Translations under genes and position numbers: made by a program
Part shown: piece after piece, positions 1-13,759 of the stretch
Layout: each line of letters starts with the position of its first letter
Numbering within the stretch: position 1 is the first letter of the stretch
NCBI GenBank assembly: GCA_032718475.1
Contig: JAUCBJ010007554.1
Span: 62,622-126,621 of the forward strand
Direction of reading: 5' to 3'
Length of the DNA: 64,000 bases
Origin: Nemertoderma westbladi
Taxonomy: Eukaryota; Animalia; Xenacoelomorpha
The notes under the pieces: generated by a model
The model's database searches: none
What the model was told of the DNA's origin: nothing
What the model saw: the letters and a program-made list of their open reading frames with translations, nothing else

Positions 1-284
1 GATAATAAACTACTGGAAGGCCGGTTCCCGCGCTACTCTTTGGTGGAGATCTCCGCACGAGGATGATAAACTACTGGAAGGCCGGTTCCCGCGCTACTCT
101 TTGGTGGAGATCTCCGCACGAGGATGATAAACTACTGGAAGGCCGGTTCCCGCGCTACTCTTTGGTGGAGATCTCCGCACGAGGATGATAAACTACTGGA
201 AGGCCGGTTCCCGCGCTACTCTTTGGTGGAGATCTCCGCACGAGGATAATAAACTACTGGAAGGCCGGTTCCCACGCTACTCTT
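1..284. repeat. 61-bp tandem minisatellite (~4.7 copies visible, truncated by window edge) in an HSP90B1 intron
   Basis: Unit gatgataaactactggaaggccggttcccgcgctactctttggtggagatctccgcacgag starts at 1, 62, 123, 184, 245. Confidence 0.95.
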
Positions 285-1503
285 TTATGTGCCGCCTTAT
301 CTGCTGGTTTAATGCCTTTTTTGAGCATTTTTTACCTTTCTAACTCGTATTAGACTCATTTTATTTGTTTTCAAGTGAAATAATTTATTAAACCTACTTT
401 ATACTTTTACAGTAATTATTAATCTCAAAGCCAGAACTATGCGCAAATTTAATTTCTTTCTAGAAAGTTCATGTCACATCAAATCACCACTAATAATTTA
501 TACGTAGGCACTATAATCATGATGTTTTGAAAAATTAGATCCACCATTTTTGAGGTTTTTAGTGCGTGTTTTTTTGTTAGAGGATCCATACCGCTGCACG
601 CCACCTACCGGAAGAATGGGGAACAGGGTGATTTACGAATCACGCCCAGGTATCCAATATATCCAATATAATATTGCATACCAACGAATATGAGGTGAGG
701 CGATGCTAGCCAGGTGATGGTTAATAACACATCTCAGGTGAGAAGCTAGCATAGGGCCGAAGGAATATGGGGTAACAGCAGTGGCGAAAACCAACCAATG
801 GGGGGCCGCACATGGCGAGTATAACGTATATCCATTGGTAGGTCACCATGTAGGTAGGGCTGTGTGATAAGTTTCCATACATTTTCCATATATCTGTTAT
901 CCAATATTAATTGTGTTCAGTTGGCTATTAACTACTGTGGATGTCGGACGGTTTTTGACCGTCGTCGCTGTAGTGACTCTGTAGTACTTTGAATGATTGT
1001 GCTGTAATCCATCTACCGGTACTTATATATACATATCAGCTATTATTAACAACGATAACTTTTATATTTCACCGGCCTACGACCTTTCAACCTTCAGTCA
1101 CCACACCACAAACGCGGCAACGCGTACTATTCCACGACATTGATTTACCCGGTCGGGAGCCCTCGCCAACTCGGAACCCGTCACATTTTTCAAGCTTTTA
1201 TTAGCTTTTTTGGGAGCTTTATTCGATATTTTATGTTTTAATATTCCAAAATTATGATATTTATTTTGTAGCAATGGATTTCTAGAATATTTTCTAACTA
1301 TAGAAAACTTGAAGAGGCAGCGCGGAAACGGGCCAGTAAACCATCCTGGTTTCACTATTTCGGGTTTGTGGCGCATCTTAAAAACTAATTGGGCAAGAAT
1401 GTAACCTTTTTTATAGTGTCACACGTTTTACTTATAAATGTTGGAATTAAATACTTATTGTTTAGTGTATTTATAAGAACATCGCTTTTATACTAAAACT
1501 CAC

Positions 1504-1713
1504 CACTCCTTTAATGAAACTCAAGTATTTGGGTAACATCTCCTCGAATTTATCGGTAATAAAAACTCGTCTCACGTACATCTTGATGTTGTCCATCTTT
1601 GGGTTGTCGGTTAGCATATCAGTGGGGGCGTTGGGAGGGATATAGAGAATACTCTTAAACGTAACCTCACCCTCTGCAGTAAAGTGGATCTTACCGAGAG
1701 GGCCAACCATGTC
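1504..1713 (-). CDS. HSP90B1: HSP90B1/GRP94 exon (middle domain); gene continues beyond the left edge
   Basis: [26 protein letters not shown]...[28 protein letters not shown]; tag acceptor, gtgagt donor, 210 bp, phase 0-0. Confidence 0.95.
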
Positions 1714-2423
1714 CTAGGGGATGTAAAGTCAAAGTCTAAGGTGGAATAAAAAACTAATGTGAGAGACCAAATTTGTATAAAAATGTACAATTTTTGCCAA
1801 TAACAAAAATAACGAATAATAAACATTTACGGTTAAAGGATAGGTAACGATTTTGCTTTTTCAACTTTTTCTACTATATATGCATACCGGTACCCAACAA
1901 CGTGTAAAAGCAAAACCCATTGGATAATATTCTTTCAATCTGCTCAGGATGTTGAGTACCGATGCCCAACTACAGCCGCCAGACTGCAGTGGTTATATTA
2001 AAAATGTTACAGAAATGTGGACATTTTACATTTTTTATACATTTCTCGATAGTTTTTTTTACTCCTACAAAGAGGTCAGGGCAGATAACCATTAAGTTTT
2101 GGATGAGTTGGCCGCAATAATTCCCGATCCCAAATCCCGAAAATTGTGGATCACGATCCCGTTGTATCACTACCATGTACCGCCGGTCCGGTTATGGACA
2201 TACTCACATCCGCCCTGATCTACCTATAACAAGGAGTTGTTGTACATTATTCGAACTAAAGTTTGTTATTAATTTATTCTCGTCTCTTGGTCTAGTTTGC
2301 TTACCTCGCTCAATGCGCTCGCCGTTATCTTGAGACTGGCGATAAAAAAATTATATTTTATTAAACTTTACAATAAATATAGTTAACATACAAAACTTTG
2401 GCGAACACCACAGTTAGTATTAA

Positions 2424-5400
2424 CATTGATTTCAGTTGATCTGCGAACTACATTGGTAACTAACTGATTTCAGTTGATCTGCGAACTACATTGGTAACTA
2501 ACTGATATCAGTTGATCTGCGAACTACATTGGTAACTAACTGATATCAGTTGATCTGCGAACTACATTGGTAACTAACTGATTTCAGTTGATCTGCGAAC
2601 TACATTGGTAACTAACTGATTTCAGTTGATCTGCGAACTACATTGGTAACTAACTGATTTCAGTTGATCTGCGAACTACATTGGTAACTAACTGATTTCA
2701 GTTGATCTGCGAACTACATTGGTAACTAACTGATTTCAGTTGATCTGCGAACTACATTCTGCGAACTACATTGGTAACTAACTGATATCAGTTGATCTGC
2801 GAACTACATTGGTAACTAACTGATTTCAGTTGATCTGCGAACTACATTGGTAACTAACTGATATCAGTTGATCTGCGAACTACATTGGTAACTAACTGAT
2901 ATCAGTTGATCTGCTAACTACATTGGTAACTAACTGATATCAGTTGATCTGCGAACTACATTGGTAACTAACTGATATCAGTTGATCTGCGAACTACATT
3001 GGTAACTAACTGATATCAGTTGATCTGCGAACTACATTGGTAACTAACTGATTTCAGTTGATCTGCGAACTACATTGGTAACTAACTGATTTCAGTTGAT
3101 CTGCGAACTACATTGGTAACTAACTGATATCAGTTGATCTGCGAACTACATTGGTAACTAACTGATATCAGTTGATCTGCGAACTACATTGGTAACTAAC
3201 TGATTTCAGTTGATCTGCGAACTACATTGGTAACTAACTGATATCAGTTGATCTGCGAACTACATTGGTAACTAACTGATTTCAGTTGATCTGCGAACTA
3301 CATTCTGCGAACTACATTGGTAACTAACTGATATCAGTTGATCTGCGAACTACATTGGTAACTAACTGATATCAGTTGATCTGCGAACTACATTGGTAAC
3401 TAACTGATATCAGTTGATCTGCGAACTACATTGGTAACTAACTGATATCAGTTGATCTGCGAACTACATTGGTAACTAACTGATATCAGTTGATCTGCGA
3501 ACTACATTGGTAACTAACTGATATCAGTTGATCTGCGAACTACATTGGTAACTAACTGATATCAGTTGATCTGCGAACTACATTGGTAACTAACTGATAT
3601 CAGTTGATCTGCGAACTACATTGGTAACTAACTGATATCAGTTGATCTGCGAACTACATTGGTAACTAACTGATATCAGTTGATCTGCGAACTACATTGG
3701 TAACTAACTGATATCAGTTGATCTGCGAACTACATTGGTAACTAACTGATATCAGTTGATCTGCGAACTACATTGGTAACTAACTGATATCAGTTGATCT
3801 GCGAACTACATTGGTAACTAACTGATATCAGTTGATCTGCGAACTACATTGGTAACTAACTGATTTCAGTTGATCTGCGAACTACATTGGTAACTAACTG
3901 ATATCAGTTGATCTGCGAACTACATTGGTAACTAACTGATTTCAGTTGATCTGCCAACTACATTGGTAACTAACTGATATCAGTTGATCTGCGAACTACA
4001 TTGGTAACTAACTGATATCAGTTGATCTGCGAACTACATTGGTAACTAACTGATTTCAGTTGATCTGCGAACTACATTGGTAACTAACTGATATCAGTTG
4101 ATCTGCGAACTACATTGGTAACTAACTGATTTCAGTTGATCTGCGAACTACATTCTGCGAACTACATTGGTAACTAACTGATATCAGTTGATCTGCGAAC
4201 TACATTGGTAACTAACTGATTTCAGTTGATCTGCGAACTACATTGGTAACTAACTGATTTCAGTTGATCTGCGAACTACATTGGTAACTAACTGATATCA
4301 GTTGATCTGCGAACTACATTGGTAACTAACTGATTTCAGTTGATCTGCCAACTACATTGGTAACTAACTGATATCAGTTGATCTGCTAACTACATTGGTA
4401 ACTAACTGATATCAGTTGATCTGCGAACTACATTGGTAACTAACTGATTTCAGTTGATCTGCGAACTACATTGGTAACTAACTGATATCAGTTGATCTGC
4501 GAACTACATTGGTAACTAACTGATATCAGTTGATCTGCGAACTACATTGGTAACTAACTGATATCAGTTGATCTGCGAACTACATTGGTAACTAACTGAT
4601 ATCAGTTGATCTGCGAACTACATTGGTAACTAACTGATTTCAGTTGATCTGCGAACTACATTGGTAACTAACTGATATCAGTTGATCTGCGAACTACATT
4701 GGTAACTAACTGATTTCAGTTGATCTGCGAACTACATTCTGCGAACTACATTGGTAACTAACTGATATCAGTTGATCTGCGAACTACATTGGTAACTAAC
4801 TGATATCAGTTGATCTGCGAACTACATTGGTAACTAACTGATTTCAGTTGATCTGCGAACTACATTGGTAACTAACTGATATCAGTTGATCTGCGAACTA
4901 CATTGGTAACTAACTGATTTCAGTTGATCTGCGAACTACATTGGTAACTAACTGATATCAGTTGATCTGCGAACTACATTGGTAACTAACTGATTTCAGT
5001 TGATCTGCGAACTACATTGGTAACTAACTGATATCAGTTGATCTGCGAACTACATTGGTAACTAACTGATTTCAGTTGATCTGCGAACTACATTGGTAAC
5101 TAACTGATTTCAGTTGATCTGCGAACTACATTGGTAACTAACTGATTTCAGTTGATCTGCGAACTACATTGGTAACTAACTGATATCAGTTGATCTGCGA
5201 ACTACATTGGTAACTAACTGATATCAGTTGATCTGCGAACTACATTGGTAACTAACTGATATCAGTTGATCTGCGAACTACATTGGTAACTAACTGATAT
5301 CAGTTGATCTGCGAACTACATTGGTAACTAACTGATTTCAGTTGATCTGCGAACTACATTGGTAACTAACTGATATCAGTTGATCTGCGAACTACATTGG

Positions 5401-8400
5401 TAACTAACTGATATCAGTTGATCTGCGAACTACATTGGTAACTAACTGATATCAGTTGATCTGCGAACTACATTGGTAACTAACTGATTTCAGTTGATCT
5501 GCGAACTACATTGGTAACTAACTGATTTCAGTTGATCTGCGAACTACATTGGTAACTAACTGATATCAGTTGATCTGCGAACTACATTGGTAACTAACTG
5601 ATTTCAGTTGATCTGCGAACTACATTGGTAACTAACTGATATCAGTTGATCTGCGAACTACATTGGTAACTAACTGATATCAGTTGATCTGCGAACTACA
5701 TTGGTAACTAACTGATATCAGTTGATCTGCGAACTACATTGGTAACTAACTGATATCAGTTGATCTGCGAACTACATTGGTAACTAACTGATTTCAGTTG
5801 ATCTGCGAACTACATTGGTAACTAACTGATTTCAGTTGATCTGCGAACTACATTGGTAACTAACTGATATCAGTTGATCTGCGAACTACATTGGTAACTA
5901 ACTGATATCAGTTGATCTGCGAACTACATTGGTAACTAACTGATATCAGTTGATCTGCGAACTACATTGGTAACTAACTGATTTCAGTTGATCTGCGAAC
6001 TACATTGGTAACTAACTGATATCAGTTGATCTGCGAACTACATTGGTAACTAACTGATTTCAGTTGATCTGCGAACTACATTGGTAACTAACTGATTTCA
6101 GTTGATCTGCGAACTACATTGGTAACTAACTGATATCAGTTGATCTGCGAACTACATTGGTAACTAACTGATTTCAGTTGATCTGCGAACTACATTGGTA
6201 ACTAACTGATTTCAGTTGATCTGCGAACTACATTGGTAACTAACTGATATCAGTTGATCTGCGAACTACATTGGTAACTAACTGATTTCAGTTGATCTGC
6301 GAACTACATTGGTAACTAACTGATATCAGTTGATCTGCGAACTACATTGGTAACTAACTGATATCAGTTGATCTGCGAACTACATTGGTAACTAACTGAT
6401 TTCAGTTGATCTGCGAACTACATTGGTAACTAACTGATATCAGTTGATCTGCGAACTACATTGGTAACTAACTGATTTCAGTTGATCTGCGAACTACATT
6501 CTGCGAACTACATTGGTAACTAACTGATATCAGTTGATCTGCGAACTACATTGGTAACTAACTGATTTCAGTTGATCTGCGAACTACATTGGTAACTAAC
6601 TGATTTCAGTTGATCTGCGAACTACATTGGTAACTAACTGATATCAGTTGATCTGCGAACTACATTGGTAACTAACTGATTTCAGTTGATCTGCGAACTA
6701 CATTGGTAACTAACTGATATCAGTTGATCTGCGAACTACATTGGTAACTAACTGATATCAGTTGATCTGCGAACTACATTGGTAACTAACTGATTTCAGT
6801 TGATCTGCGAACTACATTGGTAACTAACTGATATCAGTTGATCTGCGAACTACATTGGTAACTAACTGATATCAGTTGATCTGCGAACTACATTGGTAAC
6901 TAACTGATATCAGTTGATCTGCGAACTACATTGGTAACTAACTGATATCAGTTGATCTGCGAACTACATTGGTAACTAACTGATTTCAGTTGATCTGCGA
7001 ACTACATTGGTAACTAACTGATATCAGTTGATCTGCGAACTACATTGGTAACTAACTGATTTCAGTTGATCTGCGAACTACATTCTGCGAACTACATTGG
7101 TAACTAACTGATATCAGTTGATCTGCGAACTACATTGGTAACTAACTGATTTCAGTTGATCTGCGAACTACATTGGTAACTAACTGATATCAGTTGATCT
7201 GCGAACTACATTGGTAACTAACTGATATCAGTTGATCTGCGAACTACATTGGTAACTAACTGATATCAGTTGATCTGCGAACTACATTGGTAACTAACTG
7301 ATATCAGTTGATCTGCGAACTACATTGGTAACTAACTGATTTCAGTTGATCTGCGAACTACATTGGTAACTAACTGATATCAGTTGATCTGCGAACTACA
7401 TTGGTAACTAACTGATATCAGTTGATCTGCGAACTACATTGGTAACTAACTGATATCAGTTGATCTGCGAACTACATTGGTAACTAACTGATATCAGTTG
7501 ATCTGCGAACTACATTGGTAACTAACTGATTTCAGTTGATCTGCGAACTACATTGGTAACTAACTGATTTCAGTTGATCTGCGAACTACATTGGTAAATA
7601 ACTGATATCAGTTGATCTGCGAACTACATTGGTAACTAACTGATATCAGTTGATCTGCGAACTACATTGGTAACTAACTGATATCAGTTGATCTGCGAAC
7701 TACATTGGTAACTAACTGATATCAGTTGATCTGCGAACTACATTGGTAACTAACTGATATCAGTTGATCTGCGAACTACATTGGTAACTAACTGATATCA
7801 GTTGATCTGCGAACTACATTGGTAACTAACTGATTTCAGTTGATCTGCGAACTACATTGGTAACTAACTGATATCAGTTGATCTGCGAACTACATTGGTA
7901 ACTAACTGATATCAGTTGATCTGCGAACTACATTGGTAACTAACTGATATCAGTTGATCTGCGAACTACATTGGTAACTAACTGATATCAGTTGATCTGC
8001 GAACTACATTGGTAACTAACTGATATCAGTTGATCTGCGAACTACATTGGTAACTAACTGATATCAGTTGATCTGCGAACTACATTGGTAACTAACTGAT
8101 ATCAGTTGATCTGCGAACTACATTGGTAACTAACTGATATCAGTTGATCTGCGAACTACATTGGTAACTAACTGATTTCAGTTGATCTGCGAACTACATT
8201 GGTAACTAACTGATTTCAGTTGATCTGCGAACTACATTGGTAACTAACTGATATCAGTTGATCTGCGAACTACATTGGTAACTAACTGATTTCAGTTGAT
8301 CTGCGAACTACATTGGTAACTAACTGATTTCAGTTGATCTGCGAACTACATTGGTAACTAACTGATATCAGTTGATCTGCGAACTACATTGGTAACTAAC

Positions 8401-8439
8401 TGATTTCAGTTGATCTGCGAACTACATTGGTAACTAACT
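2424..8439. repeat. 38-bp tandem satellite (~158 copies, ~6 kb) filling most of an HSP90B1 intron
   Basis: Unit aactgat(a/t)tcagttgatctgcgaactacattggtaact; near-identical copies with one A/T dimorphic site. Confidence 0.98.
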
Positions 8440-8671
8440 ATATGGTGGCTGAGGCATTGAAAAAGTTCGTATGTTGGAAATTTGGAGAAAAGTATAAGAG
8501 TTGGATGTTACAGCTAAGAAAATTCTTTGTTTTTGAGTATAAAAATATTTACTAAAAACTGTGGATTTCCCTGGTCGATTTCTTGAGCATTTATTTATAT
8601 TGAGAGATAAACAGAGATATTTCGACTATAATATGTCTGGTCGTATAGAACACAACGGTATTTGAACCAAC

Positions 8672-8854
8672 CTTGGAGATGGTCTTGTAGAATTCATCAT
8701 ACTCCTCGTCAGTAACCTCTGCTGCTTTCCGTGTCCATATCGGTTTGGTTGAGTTCATCAGCTCCCAGTACCAAACTGTTTCTTTCTTTGTTTTCTTCTC
8801 TTTAACTTCTGCCTCGGCCTCCTCCTCAACAGTTGCATCCTCATCATCCGTGTC
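8672..8854 (-). CDS. HSP90B1: HSP90B1 exon (end of charged linker, start of middle domain)
   Basis: DTDDEDATVEEE...KETVWYWELMNSTKPIWTRKAAEVTDEEYDEFYKTISK; aag acceptor, gttggt donor, 183 bp, phase 0-0. Confidence 0.95.
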
Positions 8855-9011
8855 CTTTAGAAAACGATATTTTAACAAAATTTAAAATATTATTTAAAGC
8901 GGCGACTGTTGACATCGCGTTGTGAACATTTTTATATAAGTTGAAAATAAAACTATAATTGCCTAAAAAGGGAAAATCGACAAAATAAAGCTGCTTACGA
9001 ACAAAAACGTA

Positions 9012-9515
9012 ACTGTAACCGGCGCTATTGGCACCTCGTTTATTGTTTAGGATAGAATAAAATGTCACTGTAACCGGCGCTATTGGCCCCTCGTTTATTG
9101 TTTAGGATAGAATAAAATGTCACTGTAACCGGCGCTATTGGCCCCTCGTTTATTGTTTAGGATAGAATAACATGTCACTGTAACCGGCGCTATTGGCCCC
9201 TCGTTTATTGTTTAGGATAGAATAACATGTCACTGTAACCGGCGCTATTGGCCCCTCGTTTATTGTTTAGGATAGAATAAAATGTCACTGTAACCGGCGC
9301 TATTGGCCTCTCGTTTATTGTTTAGGATAGAATAAAATGTCACTGTAACCGGCGCTATTGGCCCCTCGTTTATTGTTTAGGATAGAATAACATGTCACTG
9401 TAACCGGCGCTATTGGCCCCTCGTTTATTGTTTAGGATAGAATAACATGTCACTGTAACCGGCGCTATTGGCACCTCGTTTATTGTTTAGGATAGAATAA
9501 AATGTCACTGTAACC
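9012..9515. repeat. 55-bp tandem minisatellite (9 copies plus a terminal 9-mer) in an HSP90B1 intron
   Basis: actgtaacc recurs at 9012, 9067, 9122 ... 9507. Confidence 0.95.
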
Positions 9516-9641
9516 TGTTGCTTTCCCTTAATTGATATGTTAGACAAAAGTTATATAACAACAAAACTATAACAACTATCATGGGGTTATAACTTCGAAG
9601 TTAATTAAATCATTCATTTTCCCAACATTCCAACTATTTAC

Positions 9642-9840
9642 CTTTTTCTCATCCTCTACTTCCTTATCTTCCTCCGGCTTCTCTTCCTCGACTGGCTTCT
9701 CTTCCTCTTCAACTTCAACGTCCTCCTCTTTACTGGTCCACAAATAAATATTAAAGTTTATGAACTGCGAATATTTCTTGACTAATTCTTGCACAGTGCT
9801 TGTCTCAAGGAAATCTTGGGCTTCTTCTTTCAAATGTAAA
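9642..9840 (-). CDS. HSP90B1: HSP90B1 exon (end of ATPase domain, start of acidic linker)
   Basis: (S)[42 protein letters not shown]...; cag acceptor, gtaaat donor; phase 2-0 matches the neighbouring exons. Confidence 0.95.
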
Positions 9841-10189
9841 CTGTAAGAGAATAGAATTACAAGTAATAGTTGTATTACCTCAAATAATATCATCTTAAAA
9901 TAGGGGAAACTCTAATAAGCCATCAGGTCCGCGTAGTTCAATCCCTCTTTCCGGTGAATTTTTTTTGATAGTAAGATTGGTAATAAGCCATTCAAGAAGT
10001 TAGTTCATCTGTTAATAGACGCGGACCTTTGTCCCTTGGGCGATTTCGCGCTTATAATAATACTGTTATAGATTTATATAATTTTTCTAGGTTGTTCCCT
10101 ACATAAGTTCTCGCTGTTCGCATACCTTAGTTTAGTTGTTCCACAAGGTGTTTCCATATGTTCCATGATCACCGGGTACCACGAGTCAG

Positions 10190-11282
10190 TTGTGCCGCGT
10201 AGGGTTACAGGAAAACGTACCTTATAGTTAGTTGTGCCGCGAGAGTTTAGACGATCACAACAAACCTTATAGTTAGTTGTGCAGCGAGGGGTTAGAGGAT
10301 CACATACCTTATAGTAGTGCCGCGAGAGGTTTGAGGATCACACACCTTCTAGTAGTGCCGCGAGAGTTTAGAGGATCACATAACTTATAGTTAGTTGTGC
10401 CGCGAGAGTTTAGAGGATCACATCACATACCTTATAGTTGGGTGTGTCGCGATAGTTTAGAGGATCACGTATCTTATAGTTAGTTGTGCTGCGAGAGGTT
10501 TGAGGATCACATACCTTATAGTTAGTTGTGCCGCGAGGGGTTAAAGGATCTTAGATACCTTATATTAGTGCCGCGAGAGGTTTGAGGATCACATACCTTA
10601 TAGTTAGCTGTGCCGCGAGGGGATAGAGGATCAATTACCTTATAGTAGTGCCGCGAGAGTTTAGAGGATCACATAGCTTAGCTGTGCCGCGAGAGTTTAT
10701 AGAATCACATACCTTTTAGTTAGTTGTGCAGCGTGGGGTTAGAGGATCACACACCTTATAGTTAGTTGTGCCGCAAGAGTTTAGAGGATCACACACCTAG
10801 TTAGTCGTGCCGCGAGAGGTTTGAGGATCACATACCTTATAGTTTCTTGTGCCGCCAGAGGTTAGAGGATCACATACCTTATAGTTGTGCCGCGAGCTGT
10901 TAGTGGATCACTTAGCATATAGTTAGTTGTGCCGCGAGAGGTTAGACGATCACATACCTTAGTTAGATGTGCCGCGAGAGGTTTGAGGATCACATACCTT
11001 ATAGTTAGTTGCGCCGCGAGGGGTTAGGGGATCTTAGATACCTTATAGCAGTGCCGCGAGAGGTTTAAGGATCACATACCTTATAGTTAGCTGTGCCGCG
11101 AGGGGTTAGAGGATCAATTACCTTATAGTAGTGCCGCGAGAGTTTAGATGATCACATACCTAGTTAGTTGTGCCGCGAGAGGTTTGAGGATCACATGCCT
11201 TAAAGTTAGTTGTGCCGCGAGAGGTTAGAGTATCACATACCTTATAGTTAGTTGTGCCGCGAGAGGTTAACGCATTACATAC
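10190..11282 (-). repeat. Degenerate ~38-43-bp tandem array (~26 copies) derived from the adjacent exon end and splice donor
   Basis: Minus-strand unit gatcctctaa(a/c)ctctcgcggcacaactaactataag|gtatgt versus the exon end ...CCTCGCGGCACAACTATAAG|gtatgt. Confidence 0.9.
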
Positions 11283-11479
11283 CTTATAGTTGTGCCGCGA
11301 GGCAAAGTATTCCCTCTAGGATCGAGGTTGACAGAGAACTCTGCCGCATTGCTCTCCCAGATGTATTGATCGTCGTCGTTATGTTTGGACGTTACGACAA
11401 CCCGATCGGCAACCAAAAACGACGAATAGAAGCCAACCCCGAACTGCCCGATTAAATCGTTGTCGGAAACTTGGCCGCC
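11283..11479 (-). CDS. HSP90B1: HSP90B1 exon (ATP-binding [10 protein letters not shown] motif)
   Basis: [43 protein letters not shown]...[13 protein letters not shown]; cag acceptor, gtatgt donor, phase 0-2. Confidence 0.97.
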
Positions 11480-13333
11480 CTGAAACGGAAGCAATTCTAC
11501 CTTACACACTCATACCTACCTACTGCACCCAACCATTATATTGTCAGGGTAAATACAAATATATTATAAAGTAAAAACATGCAGATTGATACGCCTTTTA
11601 TAATGTAATAGGACAATATGATAATGCTCTCCATAGCGAAAAATATCCCGTAAAATATCCCGAAAAATATTCCGTATTTTACTGTGGTTGAGTTCGAGTG
11701 CAAGGTACCCATAGCCAACGACAATGTGGAACAATGTAACGTACCGGTGCATGGGTAGGCAACTGTAAAACCTAAAATCTACAATAAATAATGTTGGTGT
11801 GGGTAACAAACAATATTATAAATGATTGACAGATTAGGTACAAACGAACATCTGTCAGATTTTACCACAAATTTCAAAGTTAAATATAATATAGTGTTTT
11901 TTAAACTTTTAAATGTGTTTTAGACATATTAGGGGGGGGGGGGGGGGGGGGTTGTAAAATGGCTGTCAAATTAGTGTTAGAGGTTGGCTATAGCGATACC
12001 GGCAACTATTTTATCAAGGTCAACAACTCTATGGACCCCTAGCGGCTGGCGTTGGAATTAGAGATTTCACTAAAAACTTTACTAAACCCGCAATCTTAGT
12101 CCAAATTTCTTGAAACCAACTTTTTGGACTCAGCACCATCGAATCTACAAAAAATGGTAGAGGAGATAGTAATTTGAAAAATGAAAAAAGTCATCCCGAG
12201 ATAATCGCCTTCAAACTCTCCCGCTGTGATCTGGTTGGTTATCTGGCACGAAGGAAACCCAACTACGCGCCGCTGATTTCATTGTCAGTCTTTTCATCAG
12301 TCTCAGTCATTTCATCTAGTCTGTCGGTTGTCTGTCTGTCTTACAATTTTACGGACAGACCGTTATACGGAAACTATACGTTATACGGTCTCGCTAAGCG
12401 GTTTTCAGATGAGATGAATTAATGTATATTAAATTAAAAAAACAACAATTTGTAATTTTAATACCTGTTGTACCGTTGCTTTATATTGACCTAACATACT
12501 GAATGATTTACATATTATTTGGAAGCGCCAAATGTTTAACAAAAAGTTGGAATTTAAGCCAATTTGAGAAATATTCATAAAAGATAATTCAATTCTTTAA
12601 AATGACCATTTCGTATCGGGATTTGTTAGAACCTTACGTTTTCGATGCTTCTGATTTGGAATTTGCAGATTGTTTTGTTTGTCAATGTTGATGAATTTGC
12701 GATCGATTTTTTGATAAATCTGGCGAAAATTTATTTTTATGTTAAATTATCTCTCTACCTAGACGAATCCCAACGATATGAACAAACAAACTTCCCCAGT
12801 TCGGCATAACGAAACGTTTAATGGCAAAAATCTTTAACTCATCCGGTCTAGTGATACAGTTTATATTTCTTTACAGTTTTTATTACCTTACTGGTTGGTT
12901 ACCTAACTGAACACTAAAAAAGTATGTGTATTGTGTATGTCAACAATTTGAGTCTAAAAGCGTAAAATTACGTGCGGCGAAACTTCAACAATGCCCGAAA
13001 TGTTTCGTGGCCTCAACTTATTTTACCGACTCAATACGTTCGTTAGTGTAACAAATACTAGAATCTGATATGAACAGTGTAAAGTAATACTTTATAGACA
13101 AGTTAAGTGGTTAAATCACTAAAAAAAATAGCTACCAAAAACTCACTAACCTATCAATATCACTAAAATTTGAGAGTATGAGAGTTTGAAAGTATCTTTC
13201 TGACTAAAGCAGTGCGAGATATTGGATGTAGCAGGATTGGACAACAAAACAATAACTCCAAGAGTTAGTGGATGTAAACCTAAACAATAAGACAATCCTT
13301 ATGTACAATATCTCATCAACTACAGAAACTTAC

Positions 13334-13576
13334 CGTCATCTTCTGGAAGAATTCATTAGTTCCGCTCTTGGCGATGGTCCCGAGGTTATTAACCAAGTCG
13401 TTCTTGGTCATCCCGATCCCCGTGTCCGTTATGTGAAGCATTCCGTTCTCTTTGTCGGTTTTTATACGGATGCTGAGCTCCTCGGTCGCCGTTAACGCGT
13501 CTTTATCGGTGAGCGATAAGAATCGGATCTTATCGAGAGCGTCGGAGGCGTTACTGATCAACTCCCGGAGGAATAT
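13334..13576 (-). CDS. HSP90B1: HSP90B1 exon (HATPase_c)
   Basis: [24 protein letters not shown]...[25 protein letters not shown]; cag acceptor, gtaagt donor, 243 bp. Confidence 0.97.
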
Positions 13577-13609
13577 CTGTAAATAATTGGAGCCATTAGA
13601 AACCTAAAG

Positions 13610-13710
13610 TAAACCTAATGCGTGCCGGCGTAAACCTAATGCGTGCCGGCGTAAACCTAATGCGTGCCGGCGTAAACCTAATGCGTGCCGGCGTAAACCT
13701 AATGCGTGGC
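13610..13710. repeat. 21-bp tandem repeat (~4.7 copies) inside a 183-bp intron
   Basis: taaacctaatgcgtgccggcg repeated; the LRRHALG repeat in the ORF track is intron read-through. Confidence 0.9.
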
Positions 13711-13759
13711 AGCGCAAATAATCTGGTATTAACCATTGGAACAAGAACACCCAGCTAAC

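Noticed and set aside
2424-8439. CRISPR array (38-bp repeats with a palindrome); same for the 37-bp array
   Set aside because: Units are head-to-tail with no unique spacers, no cas genes are present, and the context is eukaryotic.
11932-11951. Poly-G runs (also ~29520, ~32840, ~52855) as functional G-quadruplexes
   Set aside because: Homopolymers within repeats or introns, of unreliable length, with no supporting context.
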